Source: Chrysomallon squamiferum
Lineage: Eukaryota > Animalia > Mollusca
NCBI GenBank assembly: GCA_012295275.1
Contig: CM022678.1
Coordinates: 1,674,001 to 1,738,000, forward strand
Direction of reading: 5' to 3'
Length of the DNA: 64,000 bases
Each line of letters begins with the position of its first letter. Positions within the stretch are counted from its first letter, which is position 1. A program made the translations under genes and the position numbers. Shown here piece by piece: positions 25,312 to 40,767 of the stretch. The notes below the pieces were generated by a model that saw only the letters and a program-made list of their open reading frames with translations, ran no database searches and was not told where the DNA came from.

Positions 25312-25562
25312 GAAGAAAAAGTAGAAGAAGAACAAGAAGAAGAAGAAGAAGAAGAAAGAAGAAGAAAGAAGAAAGAAGAAGAAAGAAAAGGAAAGAAAAA
25401 ATGACGAAAGATGAAGAACAAAGATGAAGGAAAAAAGAAGAAGAAGAAAAGAAAGAAAGAAGAGGAAGAAAAAAATGAAGAAAAGATGAAGAAGAGAAGA
25501 TGAAGAAGATGAAGAAAGAAGAAAAGAAGAAGAAAGATGAAGAAAAGAAGAAAGAAGAAGAA
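25312..25562. repeat. GAA-rich polypurine tract
   Basis: ~250 bp of almost only A/G on the + strand. Confidence 0.9.
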
Positions 25563-25761
25563 TTTTGGCTATAAGATGCACTCTGTTTAGACAGTTTCTC
25601 TGATTTAAGTGTGTTTGAGAGTCACTGTCAACACACTGAGTTAAGTAGTGGACTGATGTTCTTAATAAACACAGTCATCGATCTTCTCAGCACATCACTT
25701 TCATTATAGAACCTAGGTAAACCTCTCTGATGTAAACCTCACTACTTCCAGTGTGTTGTCT

Positions 25762-25802
<41 letters not shown>

Positions 25803-26227
25803 GCCAGAATCTACCAGTAGATTATTAATAGCTGGTTATTTAGAACACAGAAAGAATTTTTGACTGAAGACTTCTTCAAGATTTAACTTAACAAAGATAA
25901 GAATCTGTTCAAATTATGTTACAGGTTGTCACTCACATCCCAGCAAAGCTGTAATTCATCAAATCAGATAAGATTGGTTTCTAACAATAATGTGTGTATT
26001 AGGTATGTGCTCTTCTGCAGTTTTATAAGAAAACATTTTTTACAAATGTAACATCATCAACAAATGTGATTTTATATAGTCAAAACTTACAAATGTGTTT
26101 ATCAGTTACAAATGTAACTTTATTCTTTACAAACACCTCATTGTCAGTGACAAATCAGAAACCCTCATTTACAAACAACAAAGAGATCAAGTATGGGAAA
26201 TCATCAAGTAGATAAACAGCTCTATTA

Positions 26228-26578
26228 GTTACAAACACAAGATTATCTGTTACGGGTATTAATTCTATCAGTTACAAACACAGAATCATCTGTTACAAAC
26301 AGGGTATTAATTCTATCTGTTACAAACACAGAATCATCTGTTACAAACAGGGTATTAATTCTATCTGTTACAAACACAGAATCATCTGTTACAAACAGGG
26401 TATTAATTCTATCTGTTACAAACACAGAATCATCTGTTACAAACAGGGTATTAATTCTATCTGTTACAAACACAGAATCATCTGTTACAAACAGGGTATT
26501 AATTCTATCTGTTACAAACACAGGACTATCTGTTACAAACAGGGTATTAATTCTATCTGTTACAAACAGGGTATTAAT
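26228..26578. repeat. 48-bp minisatellite (27+21 dimer), ~7 copies
   Basis: Unit atctgttacaaacagggtattaattct-atctgttacaaacacagaatc. Confidence 0.95.
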
Positions 26579-27417
26579 TACACACGAGTGTCAGTGTGTG
26601 TGTGGAAAACTGTGAGGTTCAAACAGCTTTGCCAATTACAAACCCAGCACATCAATTACACACTGGAAATTACCAGCCACAAGCCAAGGACTCTTCAAGC
26701 TGGGACACACACAGAGAGGTGAAGAGAACAGAACTGACTGCAGTGTAATTCAGCTTCCACTGATCCTGGCTACTGGCACAGCACCAGCAGAACATCAGAC
26801 AAGGAAACACACTTGTTCATTATTAATGTGCATGCAGACTCTAATCAGCACAAATTTCACTTCGTGTTCCCCGGGGGACACAGCTAATTCTCTCAGTAAC
26901 AGTATCACAGACACTCCCACTCACCCTCTCAAAGCATTGTGGGATATATCTGAAATCTGTATTGGGCAATGATTGCACAAGTGGCTAGACAGAAGTTGAT
27001 GCTGAAGAGGATTTCCAATGTTACGGTGTTTGTTATTAATTATCAAGGAGATCAAGTGCATACAAAAACAAATGTCTGAACATTTTGCCGAGTCCAAACT
27101 TTATTGCCTGCACTAGTGATTTCTGTGTTTATAGACATTTTAGAGTCACACTTTCAAGGAGTATTACGACAAATACTTATATGTATAAAAGCTTCGGTTC
27201 CGGATTTTATGGCAGCAGGAAGGCAAAAAGACTGAGATTGTGTAATTGCATGGTCTACAGTAAACTGTCTTTCATTGTGGTCCGGTCAGAACAAAGACTA
27301 TAAATGGGTTTGGTGATGGATCAAGTCTAGACCTGAATTTGTTCTCTTAAACGTTTCTCAGTTTTATTAACACCGCTATTTCTGTTTGGTTTTTTCAGTC
27401 TAGAAATCCCTGTGTGG

Positions 27418-27473
<56 letters not shown>

Positions 27474-28520
27474 AAATGTGTTGTAAAACCTGTAAAGTAC
27501 AACAGCTGAAATAATTCAGATGAAAACAAACGGTTCCCAGCAGATAATGATGCACAGTCCTCAATTCTTTCTGTGGTTATTACTAAACACTGGTGTAAAC
27601 ACATTACCTGTAAAACAGATAATTACTATCACCTGTCTTCACTCTCACCTCTGTGAAAAAAATACCTACACACAGTTTTACCTTCACACTTCTCATTGTC
27701 TTACAGGTTTTGCAGGTCTGTGCTCTCAGGTGAGATTTACGTGTTACAGTAACAGAATTAGTGTCTGGCAAACAGAAACACACACATTTACTTCTTGCAT
27801 GCCAGCGCAAAGTAAAGACAGGTTCTCACAAAATAACTTTGTCTGTAAAGTTGAACTTTATGAAACCTGAAACTGAAGTCAGGAATTAAAGTATTTAGAA
27901 ATCTTGAAACTAGTTTTCTTATTTAGAAAGCTATTAAATATATATGTGTGTGTGTGTATTTAATAATTACAATGTGTCAGTATAGAATGCTGTTTGAATC
28001 TTTATTCTTTCATGTAAATTAATTTTTTAATGTTACTGACCCTAGAAAACGTAACGTATAATTAAAGACCTTTAGAAATTAAAAAAACCTTCATAACTGT
28101 AACACTGATTAAAAGACCAAATACAGAATTAAATGGTTAATGGAAGTTATATAATGTGAATAAGCCTTTAATACTCAATTACAACATCTGATCCTGTGAA
28201 CTTAAGCTGTCATAAGAAGTTACGTGAACATAACTTAATTAGAAATACTGAATTACAATTTCCATAAGATATTGATTCATATGAAAACACTTGTAGGTAC
28301 AAAAATAATACCACTGTGATGATAATTTTAATAACAGAATTTGTGTTGATACTGGAAATGAGACTGAACAAATATTTAACTACAGAATTAGGACTGCTAA
28401 TGAAAATTATCCTGTAAGAAAAGATCTTACAATAATATTTTTGGAAATCACACTGTGTAAACATCACTTTATCTACAGGATGGTTAATACAAATAAGACT
28501 CTATGATCATACCTTTACGA

Positions 28521-28743
28521 TTAGGATTGTTAATGCAAATTACACTGTATGAACATACCTTTAACTACAAAATTAGGATCATTAATGGAAATTAAACTGT
28601 ATGGAAGTAACTTTAGTAACAATGTTAGGATTGTTAATGCAAATTACACTGTATGAACATACCTTTAACTATAAAATTAGGATCATTAATGGAAATTAAA
28701 CTGTATGGAAGTAACTTTAGTAACAATGTTAGGATTGTTAATG
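28521..28743. repeat. 104-bp tandem duplication
   Basis: ttaggattgttaatg... starts at 28521, 28625 and 28729. Confidence 0.9.
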
Positions 28744-29814
28744 AGCGTATCTTGAAACACATACAACAGTTTGTGGCAGCTAGACTGCGTGAACGCAACT
28801 TTAAATACACACAACGGTTAATGAAAATCATACTGTACGAACACACCTTTACCTACACAATCTCTGAACTAGTTGGTGTGAAGCATTCTGTAATTAGACA
28901 GAGCGTGGTAAGTAAACAGGATGTGTTTAGAGTAATACTCTCAGATGAGATAGGTTACTTTCATGTGCATCTGTCAGAGGTCTCACAATATACTTTTGAT
29001 TTCTGTAAGTAAAAACCAGATCACAAGACTAGACTGTGGTCTACACAGGAACTGTGGAACTGTGATGTGAAAAAACAAATATAGATGTAGGTGAAAGTGT
29101 GAATGAATAAAAGAATGTATTGACTTTTGGATACATTTATTTAACTATTATTTTTTTGTTCTTACGGAGTTGGCACATGCTCATTTAATCAACAGACAGA
29201 GATACACACAGAAACACAAACATTAATAAACTCATTTAAATACCCATTCTATCAGTTGATCCTTATATCTATCTATCTGTCTACATATGTACACACACAC
29301 ACACACACACATAGACAAACACACACACACACAGACAAACACACACACACACACAGAAACACATGCATTTATACAAAAGCTTTGATGACACAGACAAACA
29401 TACAAAGACACACACACACACAAACACACAGACATAAAATACATTCACATAAATATGCAAACGATGTTAAAATTTAAAAATTTCAATAAAAAAACAATTA
29501 ATAAATAAATAATAAAAATAAATAATATTAACAATAATGAGAGGTTGGCAAGCACTTGTCTGGAATGATAACTTAAAATCATCTAGTGTCAATGAGCCTT
29601 TAGTGATACTTGAGCGAGAGACTGACATAATTATTGAGTAGATGACATCTGAGAATGAGATCACAAGTTAGGATCATAGACTGTACAGGAACTGTCATCA
29701 AGAGGAAATATCATTTTCAGATTAATCGAAGAAAAAGCCTGTCATTAAATGATTACAAATAAACTGTAACGTAAAATGAAGATAAGAGTAAATGTGGGGG
29801 GAGAGGGGGAGAGG

Positions 29815-29880
<66 letters not shown>

Positions 29881-31359
29881 AGAAAAAGGAAAAAAGATAA
29901 AGAATTAAAAATAGAGTGATTCAGAAAACTACATAAAAATAGAATTCAGAATGAGAGATAAAGTGAGGCATGGCAAAGACAGAAGTAAAGAAAAAGAAAT
30001 GAAAGAGAAAATGAGAAAAAAAAAAAAGAATTTGAAAGAGAAAGAAACAGAAAGAATGAGGAAAATGTAATGACATGAATGCAGTTTCAGAAAAAAAAAC
30101 AGAGTGAAGAAAAACAGGAGAAAGAAAGAAAATGAAAGAAAGACAAACACAGCCAATGAACTAAACAGGTACACAGACAGCAAGAGCAGAGAAAATACAA
30201 ACAAAACAACAAAAAAAAATATATAAAAAAGAAATAAATTAAAAAAAATCCACAAAACAAAACAAGAAGAAGAAGAAAGCAACTAAAAAATTCAACTCTT
30301 CGATCTGCAAATTCTATGAGCATTTTGCAGAGACCCCAGATCTGTTTTCCACACAAACTGACAACACCCAGTGACAGACAACCACTGCTGACTGAGTCAG
30401 TGACTGGACAACATCTCTGCATTCACTGTCACACACATCACACTGGGATTACAACTGCAGTCGTGTTTTATCCTCTCTCCCCAGGGCAGGCTACAGGAGA
30501 AAACAATGGTTGTGTTACAGGTAATAAAACACAGAATCAGCAACCACACAATACACCCAACATCTCCACACAGCAGATTTTCATAGCTACACAAAGATGC
30601 TATTGTTATGCTACTTCTATTGCTACTGCTCAATTACTACTAATTGCTACTACTGCTACCACTACTACTGCTGCTGCTAGTACTTATACTACTACTGTTA
30701 TTACTAATATTACTTCTACTACTGCTACTACTACAGCTGCAACTGCCACTTTTACTATTATTATTATTACTACCACTATCAGTGCATATGTATGATTACT
30801 ACTAATATATATACAATAATAATAAAACACAGTAGATCATCAACTTTGTAATATCAACATTTCACTTGTTTTAAATTTTAGACAGTATATTGAATATTTC
30901 AGTGCTTTAATACAAAACTTCATAACTTCAGTCTAACTTCACAAACACATCAAAACTTCATTCCACTGAAACGCACATTAAAAACTCCATCGCTTTCATT
31001 AACACGTGAAAACGTTAATCACATTTTAACAACATCGTTGCATTCACAACGCCATTCTTTGAAACGCAAGCCAAAGGAGAATTATAAATTACAGCATCAC
31101 GCCGTGTTCACACGCGACCACACCGTTTCTCTGCCATCCATCACGCTGATGCAGTTGTCAAACGGTTTGAATTAAATGACACCTTTGTGTGTGTGCGCAG
31201 CGTTGGTGTGATGCTGTAGTACAATCCAGACATGTCCTTGTCTTCCACTAACCAGCTTAGAAAGCAGAAATGTGGGGAATCGCTTGTGTTAATGGTACTC
31301 CTCAACATTTCTACATACAGTGGAACAAGATTTCAAATGTTTTGTGAATACATTTTATT

Positions 31360-31376
31360 ATGTGTTGTGTTTGTGT

Positions 31377-31430
<54 letters not shown>

Positions 31431-31546
31431 GTGTGGGTGTGTGTGGGGGTGTGTGTGATATTTCTGTGCATGTGTCTGTCTGTGTCTGTGCTGGCAGAGA
31501 GCTAAAGGTGAAAGAAATACAATACATAATGTGTGGTGTTTATATG

Positions 31547-31596
<50 letters not shown>

Positions 31597-31810
31597 TGTG
31601 TGTGTGTATGTGTGTGTGTGTGTTTATATGTGTCTGTGTGTGTGTTTATATGTGTGTGTGTGTTTATATGTATGTGTGTGTGTTTATATGTGTGTGTGTG
31701 TGTTTATATGTGTGTGTGTGTTTGTATGTGTCTGTGTGTGTGTTTATATGTGTGTGTGTGTGTGTGTTTATATGTATGTGTGTGTGTTTATATGTGTCTG
31801 TGTGTGTGTT

Positions 31811-31883
<73 letters not shown>

Positions 31884-31940
31884 TATTTCTGTGCATGTGT
31901 CTGTCTGTGTCTGTGCTGGCAGAGAGCTAAAGGTGAAAGA
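31360..31940. repeat. (TG)n/tttata compound array with a duplicated ~65-bp cassette
   Basis: gatatttctgtgcatgtgtctgtctgtgtctgtgctggcagagagctaaaggtgaaaga at ~31457 and ~31882. Confidence 0.9.
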
Positions 31941-32255
31941 CATAATGAGTGGTGTTTATCTTGCATAGAGAAGAGATACTTCATTTAACACTGCACTGAA
32001 CTTGCTCTGTTAAAACAGATTTAATTAGTGATATAGGAAACACAGATATTAATAATTCATAGCACAATGTTTCAGCAGAATTAATTCACTTCAGACAGCT
32101 AAAAGAAGATTAATGTGCTTAGTTATATATATATATAATATTATACTGCGTTAATAACTTTCAGTATTGGTTAGTGCTGGACTATAAATTGAAAAATTTA
32201 ATCTGAGAAAGGGGATATATACACAAAGAGACAGACACATCCATAACCATAGAGA

Positions 32256-32317
<62 letters not shown>

Positions 32318-32522
32318 GAACAAAAGAAAGAGAAAGAATGAGGCAGACAGACAGACATACAAAGCAATAGAGAATGGAATTTTAATTTGTAATATAATAT
32401 AATTTTTAATAATGAATGCAAAACGTCAGCATCAAAACCTAACATTATTTCTGTAAATTAACACTGGAGTTTGGGGGTTATTGAAAAAAAAAAAAATATA
32501 TATATATATATAGAATTATTCA

Positions 32523-32553
<31 letters not shown>

Positions 32554-34419
32554 AAGAAGGAGAGAGAGAGAGATACCACCTTTAGTTTTTACATGAAAAA
32601 TACTGAATATTTTCTTTCTTTCTTATATAATCTTCATAATGTCCAATGATACAACGATAATAATGACAGGCTTCAAGCTTAATTTTTTCACTCCACAGTA
32701 AAATGCTCATTCTGTAGTTTGAGATGTACAGGATCATACAAACAGCAAAAAAAAAAAAAAAAAAATGACAACTTATCAATTCCTCTCAGAACATTTTATT
32801 ATACACTAGTCATAGCTGTCCAATATATTGACTTAAATTATCACATGAATAAAATTATTCTACTTTTTTTCATGTCATAAAATGCCAATATTCCCATCTG
32901 AAAGTAATGATAATGTTGATATTCACAACATGTTGAAGAGTTCAGTATGGAAGGGTGGCTGTCACAAATACAGTTGTCATGATCACCAGAAGAAGATGAC
33001 TTTTTAAAATGAAATCTAAAAAACATTTTAAAATAATAATAAAAAATGAAAACTAAAAAAAAAATTAAAAAATAAAAAAAAAAAAAAAAGAAAATAAAAA
33101 AAAAATAAAAAAAAAAAAAACATTAAAAAAAAAAATAAAATGAAAAAGTTATAAAAAATAAAAAATAAAAAATAAAAATTGAGGAAATGAAGACATGACA
33201 CCCAAAACGGAATATAGATTTTTTCTGTTTTCTGTTTAACAAAAAATGATAAAATAGGAATATTTTTTGGTTTCTTCTATTTTTCATTTTTTCTGTTAAT
33301 AATAATAAAATTTAAAAAAAAAGAAAAAAAAAAAGAAATACATTCAAGATTTTTTAAAACAAGGTTTTTGCCCCTAAATAAAAATTTGGTTATAACATAA
33401 AGAAAGAGAAAAATTCTAAAATTACATTTATTATTTTTAATGTCTGTTAATAGATTCAATGTTTTAGTGAAAAATTATTCATCATTTTTATTTATTTATT
33501 TATTTAATTATTTATTGTTGTTGTTTGTTCTTATTATTTATTTATTTATTTAGTTAATTTTTATATTGTTGTTTGTTTGGGTTTATTGTTATTATTATTA
33601 TTAATTAGATTATTCTTAAATACTTTCTAATATTTTAATATTAACTTGGTACAAAATATATTCATTAATATAAAACAAATTAAATTAATATTTTTATTTC
33701 AAAAAAAAAATATATATATTCATTATGTAAAATGAATTTATTATCATAATAATTACACAGACAAATTAAAATTCTGTCTCATGTTTCAAAAATACACTCA
33801 GTCACTTTGCTCTAATATTTCACTTCTTAAAACAGTGAATTTAAAATTTAAAATCATTTTACAGTACAAGCAGAATTTTGATTATTTTCTGCAAATAAAC
33901 TGACTTTTGTAATGAACAAAACAAAACAAAAAAAAAAAAAAAAAAAAAAAACGTCCCCAAAAATCCATCAACAATAACATGAACAAGAAAAAACACATTA
34001 ATTATTAATTTCAAAAATTAAATTTATTTAAATTAACACCCAGCTGCTTTGAAAAATTTCATTAGTTTAACTCATATATAATTTGCAAGTTGTGGCGTGG
34101 AATACATTTCAGTATTTTTGTTAATGAAAATAACTGAATTACATCGGAAGCCAGAATGTGGCAATCATAAATAATAAATTACATTTGTTTGCAAGGAATT
34201 TGTTTGCTGGTGTTAATAATGGTGTTAATGTTGTGTTTCAAATTAAAACTCTTTGTGGCTTCACTACATTTTCTAACAATTCTCGTTTTTGTGTAGAATA
34301 AATTATTTTGTAATTGTTACGCTCAGAAATTAAATCTGTGTTTTATTAACTTAACCAGTAAAACATATTTTAATGGCGACATCCATTAATTTTTAATTAC
34401 TGCATTACAGCACAAAACA

Positions 34420-34461
<42 letters not shown>

Positions 34462-34791
34462 CACAGACACACACACAGACACACACACACAGACACACAC
34501 ACAGACAGACAGAGGGTAAAAATTTAATGCATTCAGTTTTCAAAAAAAACCAACAGAGAATTATAAATGTCATTCTTTGTTAACATGCAACCAACAATCA
34601 ATCTTCAAAACAAAATAAACAATAATAATATAATAATAAATAATAATAATAATAATAATAATGATGATGATGATGATGATTTTTTATTCATTCTTTTGTT
34701 AATCAGTGTAAATATGACATGGATTAAACTGTTTAAAACTGTGTTTGAATTAATAATAACACTCACACAGATTTTCCATCAGTGAGGATGA

Positions 34792-34844
<53 letters not shown>

Positions 34845-34942
34845 TGATGATGATGATGATGATAATAATAATAAATAATAATAATAATAATGAATGTGAT
34901 GATAGTTTGTTTAATAATGAATGTTGTGTTTGTTTATGCATG

Positions 34943-34977
<35 letters not shown>

Positions 34978-35577
34978 CGTGTGTGTGTTCACGTATATAA
35001 AGATCAGTATAAGCCATGTGTGAGCTTGCATATATGTTTTACTAGTAAACACATACATATATCAGTACAAATATGAATGGATGATCTAGTTGTTTATACA
35101 TTTAAATGCCTCTGTGAGTGAATACATGTAAACAGACAGCCATACACACTCAGACACATTTTCTGATTAAAAAAAACATTTTTCAATTAACTTTCTATTT
35201 TCAATAACTTCATTAAACAAAATCCTTCATCATCTTTTCAATTCACACACACACAAAATTGCCAAACACTCGGTATAAAAAAAACAAAAAAAAAACGTCG
35301 GACATTTTCAGCAACAATTTTCAGCAACAGTTTGGAAATTGTTTTTAACTTCATTTGAAACAGGAACATGTTGCTATTAGCCCTGTTTGTTCCAGCCTGG
35401 TTTAGAAACATAAACACAGCTTTTAGTGGCAGAAGTGCTGGACAAGTGAAGCAAATGAAAGGGGTCTGAGCTGGAGGCTTTCAGAACACTCGAGGAAAAC
35501 GTCTGCTTGTGGGAAGGATGCTTCTACAAAGATGAAGTGTGTTACTCAGATTGACATTCAGTCATCCAGCAAATTAG

Positions 35578-35945
35578 CTACTCACTGTGAGTGGTGGTGT
35601 AGTGACAGACTGCTCACTGTGAGCTCACTGTAAACAGACAGTATGCTCACAGTAAACTGACAGAATGCTCACTGTGAGCTGATGGTAAACAGACAGTATG
35701 CTCACAGTAAACTGACAGAATGCTCACTGTGCTAATGTAAACAGACAGTATGCTCACTGTGAGCTCATACTAAACTGACAGTATGCTCACTGTGAATTCA
35801 TACTAAACTGACAGTATGCTCACTGTGAATTCATACTAAACTGACAGTATGCTCACTGTGAGCTCATTCTAAACTGACAGAATGCTCACTGTGAGCTCAT
35901 ACTAAACTGACAGAATGCTCACTGTGAACTCTACTGTAAACTGAT
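35578..35945. repeat. 33-bp minisatellite with an internal palindrome
   Basis: Unit aaactgacagtatgctcactgtgagctcatact; left part more degenerate. Confidence 0.9.
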
Positions 35946-36370
35946 AAAACTCAAACCAGACTCATGGGAAACTCACACCAAACTTGATTAAATTCAAATC
36001 AAGTCCACTCTAAATTGAAACCAAACTAATAGAAAACCGACACTAAATTCAAACCGAACTCGCACAAACTTCAGACTGAATTTGCAATTAGACTGACAGA
36101 GACAAGCACAGCCGAACAAACAGTCACCCACACCACAGCGAGATCGGAACACATCAGCAGTGAGCAGACGCAGACTGTTTCAAAAAGCTCTCAGAGTCAA
36201 TAGATGTCACCGGCTGCACATTAAACACTGTCACACAGATTACACAACGCAACGATGCGGCCAGCAATGATGTCACCACTCATCGTTAACCCTGACAGCA
36301 GTCTGTCTAGACAAATATACTTCCTGTCCAAAACTATCTTGATAATGTTCTCAATCAGGCAAATGTTATA

Positions 36371-36426
<56 letters not shown>

Positions 36427-37179
36427 TTTTTTTTTTTTTTTTTGATATGATAGGAAAATAAGAAAGAATCAATATGAAAATGTGGATGTGGCAATATGGT
36501 GTACATCTGCAACAGGTTCTAAATTTTAATTTTTTTTTTTTTTTTTTTTATCTATTCCATCTTTTTAATTCATTCATTAATTTTGATACTCATTCCTTTT
36601 TTGTTCTTTCGTTCATTTCCCTTTTTATTCATTTATTTATTCCTCCCATCTTATTAATTCATTCAGTTATTCATTCTCTCTTTTTGTTCTGTGAAGTTAC
36701 AGATCTCATTCCGATGTTTGCGTCAGTTTCATTTTTAAAATTTAATCAATATTAAATTTCAATAAATGTTGGTGCCTCTGTTGTAAGTGGAAGAAATTAC
36801 AAATGAATTTTCAACAAGATTGATTTTTTGTTTTGCAAGCACACAATACAAACTCATAATCTTTTCACTGATAGCTGTCTCAAAAAAAAAAATCAAACAA
36901 AACAATACAACACAAAACAATACAACACAAAACAAAAAAAAATGGAAAAAATTATTATTAAGAAAAAAAAAAAAAAATAAAAACAAGAATGGAAAAAATA
37001 AAATAAAATGATCAAATAAATAGTTAAAAAGAAAATTTTAAAATTAAATTAAAAAATACAACAAACAAACAAACTTTTTTCTATCTAATTCCATTATTCT
37101 CAAGTTCAGACCCAGAATGGCTAACAGTTCATCCTTAAAGTCTACTCTTTACTGCTTGATATCTGTGCAGTTGACTAAA

Positions 37180-37680
37180 AAATGACACTATAATCTAAAA
37201 GCCATAATGGATACAAGCTAATACTTAATGGCTTGAATTAAAACCTAAATGGATGAAATCTAATAAAAGATGGGTTAATAATAGATACAAAATTTTTCCT
37301 TGAACACAATCAAAACCTGAATGGATGCAAGCTCATCCTGGCTGTAATAACAATTATAACTGCAATTTAACTGCTAATGTCTAATCCTAAAAGGATGGAT
37401 AGAAAATAATCCTTTAAACCTAAATGGATGACTGGATGGGTTTGAGCTATATTTGAACACAATCAAAACCTGAATGGAAACAATTGCTAACAATGTCTAA
37501 TCCTGAAAGGATGGATAGAAACTAATTTGGTGACTGCTCGCTGATCTTCAACAGCTAATCCCTAATCGCGTTTGGCTACGAGCTAATCGCATTTGGCTAC
37601 GAGCTAATCCCGAATGGCTTCACGCTAATCCTGATGAGGCTATAATCTAAACCTTAACGACTGCCAGCTAATCCGTCTGT
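37180..37680. repeat. Degenerate ~21-bp repeat region rich in TAATCC
   Basis: gctaatcS...tggctacga-like units; seven TAATCC on the same strand. Confidence 0.7.
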
Positions 37681-37927
37681 AGCCTGACCCAGTCCAAGAA
37701 GCCATTACAGTGCCTGTGCTCAATTACCCACAAAGCCTTCGAAATGGCAAGTCAACACAAGCCGGCTTCAAACTGTGAGCGTGTGTTCTGTACGGGCGAA
37801 CGAAAGGATATTGAAGAATCGATTTTTACATCACACAAAAAAAAAAAAAAAAATCTAAAAAAAATTGAGAAGCTTTTTCACAATATTGGTTATGATAAAT
37901 CATCATTCACATAATTACATTTTTAGA

Positions 37928-37964
<37 letters not shown>

Positions 37965-38656
37965 ACTTTGCTTTCTCGAGAGACGAGAAATGGATATTTC
38001 AGAAATTACTTCTTGGGTTAAAGAGTATTACAAAAAAAAATTAAAAGCAAAGTGTAAGTTAAGATCAAATATTGGTCATAAAAGTGACATTTCTTTTTAA
38101 TATGGGGGCAACAGATTATGAAGAACACGATGAGAAAAGAGAGAAAAAAGGAGTATGCTTTACAAAAACGATTTGCAGTAAATTTCAGCTGAGCTCAGAT
38201 ATGTGATGATACGCTCGTAAAAACTGATTTATTCATGATTAACAAATTAATGAATAAATAAATAATAGAAGTACTGAATCAGCCAATGAATAAAATGTTA
38301 TTTATGTGATAATATGCTCATATAAATTGATTCATTCATGATCAACAAATTAAGGAATAAATAAATGAAACCACTGACTCAGACAATGAATAAAAACATT
38401 ATTCAGATGTGTGGCTAGACTGTTAGATAAATTCATGAATAAACACATGAATGAATGAATGAAGAAATAAATAAATAAAATAAAAACAATGAATAAATAA
38501 ATAACAAATAAATAAGATAAATTAACAAAACAGTTCAGTTATAAACATGGCACAGTATATTAAATGGTTGAAGATTATTTAAAAAATTCATGAACACACA
38601 GACAGACAGACACACACACACACACACACACCCACACACATACAGACACACAAACA

Positions 38657-38695
<39 letters not shown>

Positions 38696-39534
38696 TGACG
38701 CTATATTTACCAAACTTCTAAAATTCCTAATCATTTTGAAAATGAATTTACACAGAAACAGAGAAAAACGACAGAAACGGAAGACAGCGTTGCCCTGTTT
38801 TTTCATCAGTTTTTCAAACCCAGGCCTGCAACAGGAGTACTGAGTCTCCCTGACACACAGGAGACATCAGCTCTGATGAATCATTCCCTTTAATTGTCAT
38901 GTGACTCCATCACTCTAATGATATCAGGAGATCAATAGCAATACATCAACTTGTTTTCTTTCCATGACTGGCAAATATATGTTAGTAGGTGTATGTGAGT
39001 GTATGCCATGAACAGAATGAATTACTACATGTGAGTGTATTTGTGAACAAAGAAAAGTAGAGGAACAGAATGAATCAGTATATGTATGAATGTCTGAACA
39101 ACGTAAATTATTAATTAGAAAAACAGTATGAAAAAACTAGTAACAAAGTAACAATAACAATGTAACATCAACAATAATAAAAGGAATAACAAAAACGATA
39201 ATATCTGAACAATTTATAATGAAACAACTAATAACAAACAGTAACAAAAACGGTAACAATTGTAACATCAACAATAATAAAAGGAATAACAAAAAGATAA
39301 TATCAATAACTGAACAATAACAATACAGATATTTGTAATAAAATAAAACAAAACTAATAATAGAACAATAATATAATATAATAATAAAACAACAACCACA
39401 ACAATAACAAAAAGGTTTAAAACAACAACCACAACAATAACAAAATAAAAAGGTTACTAAGTGCTGTTTTGGTCACTATAACAACAACAACAACAACAAC
39501 AACAACAATAATAATATTATTACCCTGTCACTGT

Positions 39535-39569
<35 letters not shown>

Positions 39570-39821
39570 AATGGTACTAAGTGCTGTTTTGGGTTAAACG
39601 ATGTGTATTATTACCTGTCACTATAATAACGACTGTGGAGTGAAGGAAGTAAGCTGGAATTATGACAATTATCTCTGACAATGAAACAGACTGACAAGTC
39701 TGTCTTTACAAGTTTCACAAAAACTTATCACACTGTGTGGGTGTAATTCTCTTAATCTTCACAGAAACAAACTGCTCATATGAAACTTAGTAGGTGGAGA
39801 CAATCAGACAGACAGACAGAC

Positions 39822-39897
<76 letters not shown>

Positions 39898-40104
39898 GTT
39901 AAAGATTAATAGTGAAAGACAAGAGAATAAAGGAGATTTTGAGGCAGACACAGACAGAAAAAAAAGACAGAAAACAGAAAAAATAAAATAAATAATGAAC
40001 AAAGGACAAAAATCCTGTAAGAATTCTGCTGTAAGTTCTAATCAATAAAAAACAGTCTTACATCCAGGTTATACTGAACTGAATAATTTATTTATCTACT
40101 TAAA

Positions 40105-40525
40105 TAACACAGTCTTCATATACAAAGGTATACATACAAGGTATGCTGTGCAAACCTCATAAACAAAGGTATACTGTACAATCTGTAGAAACAAGGTATG
40201 CTTACAATATGTAGCTACAAGGTACACTGTACAAACCTTACAAACAACATATACTGAACACTCTTTATATGCATAACATACTGTACAATCTGTTGAAACA
40301 AGGTATATATATATAACTTCACAGGGTGTATAGTGCAATCTTTATATATAAAGTGTACAATATTTATAAGCAGAAGGTTTACTGTATAATCTTCATACAC
40401 AAAATATATTCTGTGCAATCTTCAAAAATACAAAGTATACTGTACAATCTTCAAAACTACAAAGTATACTGTACAATCTTCATTATACATAAGGTATACT
40501 GTACAATCGTTATGCACATATGGTA
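40105..40525. repeat. Degenerate ~27-30-bp tandem repeat
   Basis: Recurrent aaggtatactgtacaatctt motif. Confidence 0.75.
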
Positions 40526-40767
40526 AACAAAACTATAATTATATTCAGAAAATTATACTGGATCTTTTCTACACACAATACAAGCACAGAACAAAACTTC
40601 TCTAAAAAACAAGAACAAAAAGAAAAAGAAAAGCTATGCTATCCAGTTTCTCTGCATTAAACTATAGCTTAGCCCATGCTTCCAGTGTTGGAAAACTCGA
40701 GATCAATACGACTATTAATCATCCACTTAGTTACAGAGAGAACAAAACCCATGTCTTCATTCTGTAA

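Noticed and set aside
27520-29012. ORFs 27520-27870 and 28653-29012 as nested genes
   Set aside because: Short, no motifs, composition like the surrounding intron; the second starts inside a 104-bp tandem duplication.
30316-30795. 159-aa ORF with a Thr-rich end as a third nested mucin-like gene
   Set aside because: No signal peptide or recognisable domain; the Thr run comes from an (ACT)n microsatellite of a type common in this window.
31232-31984. Cys/Val- and His/Thr-rich ORFs (also at 13.3-13.9 kb, 47.5-48 kb and 57.4-57.9 kb)
   Set aside because: Translations of (TG)n/(CA)n microsatellites.
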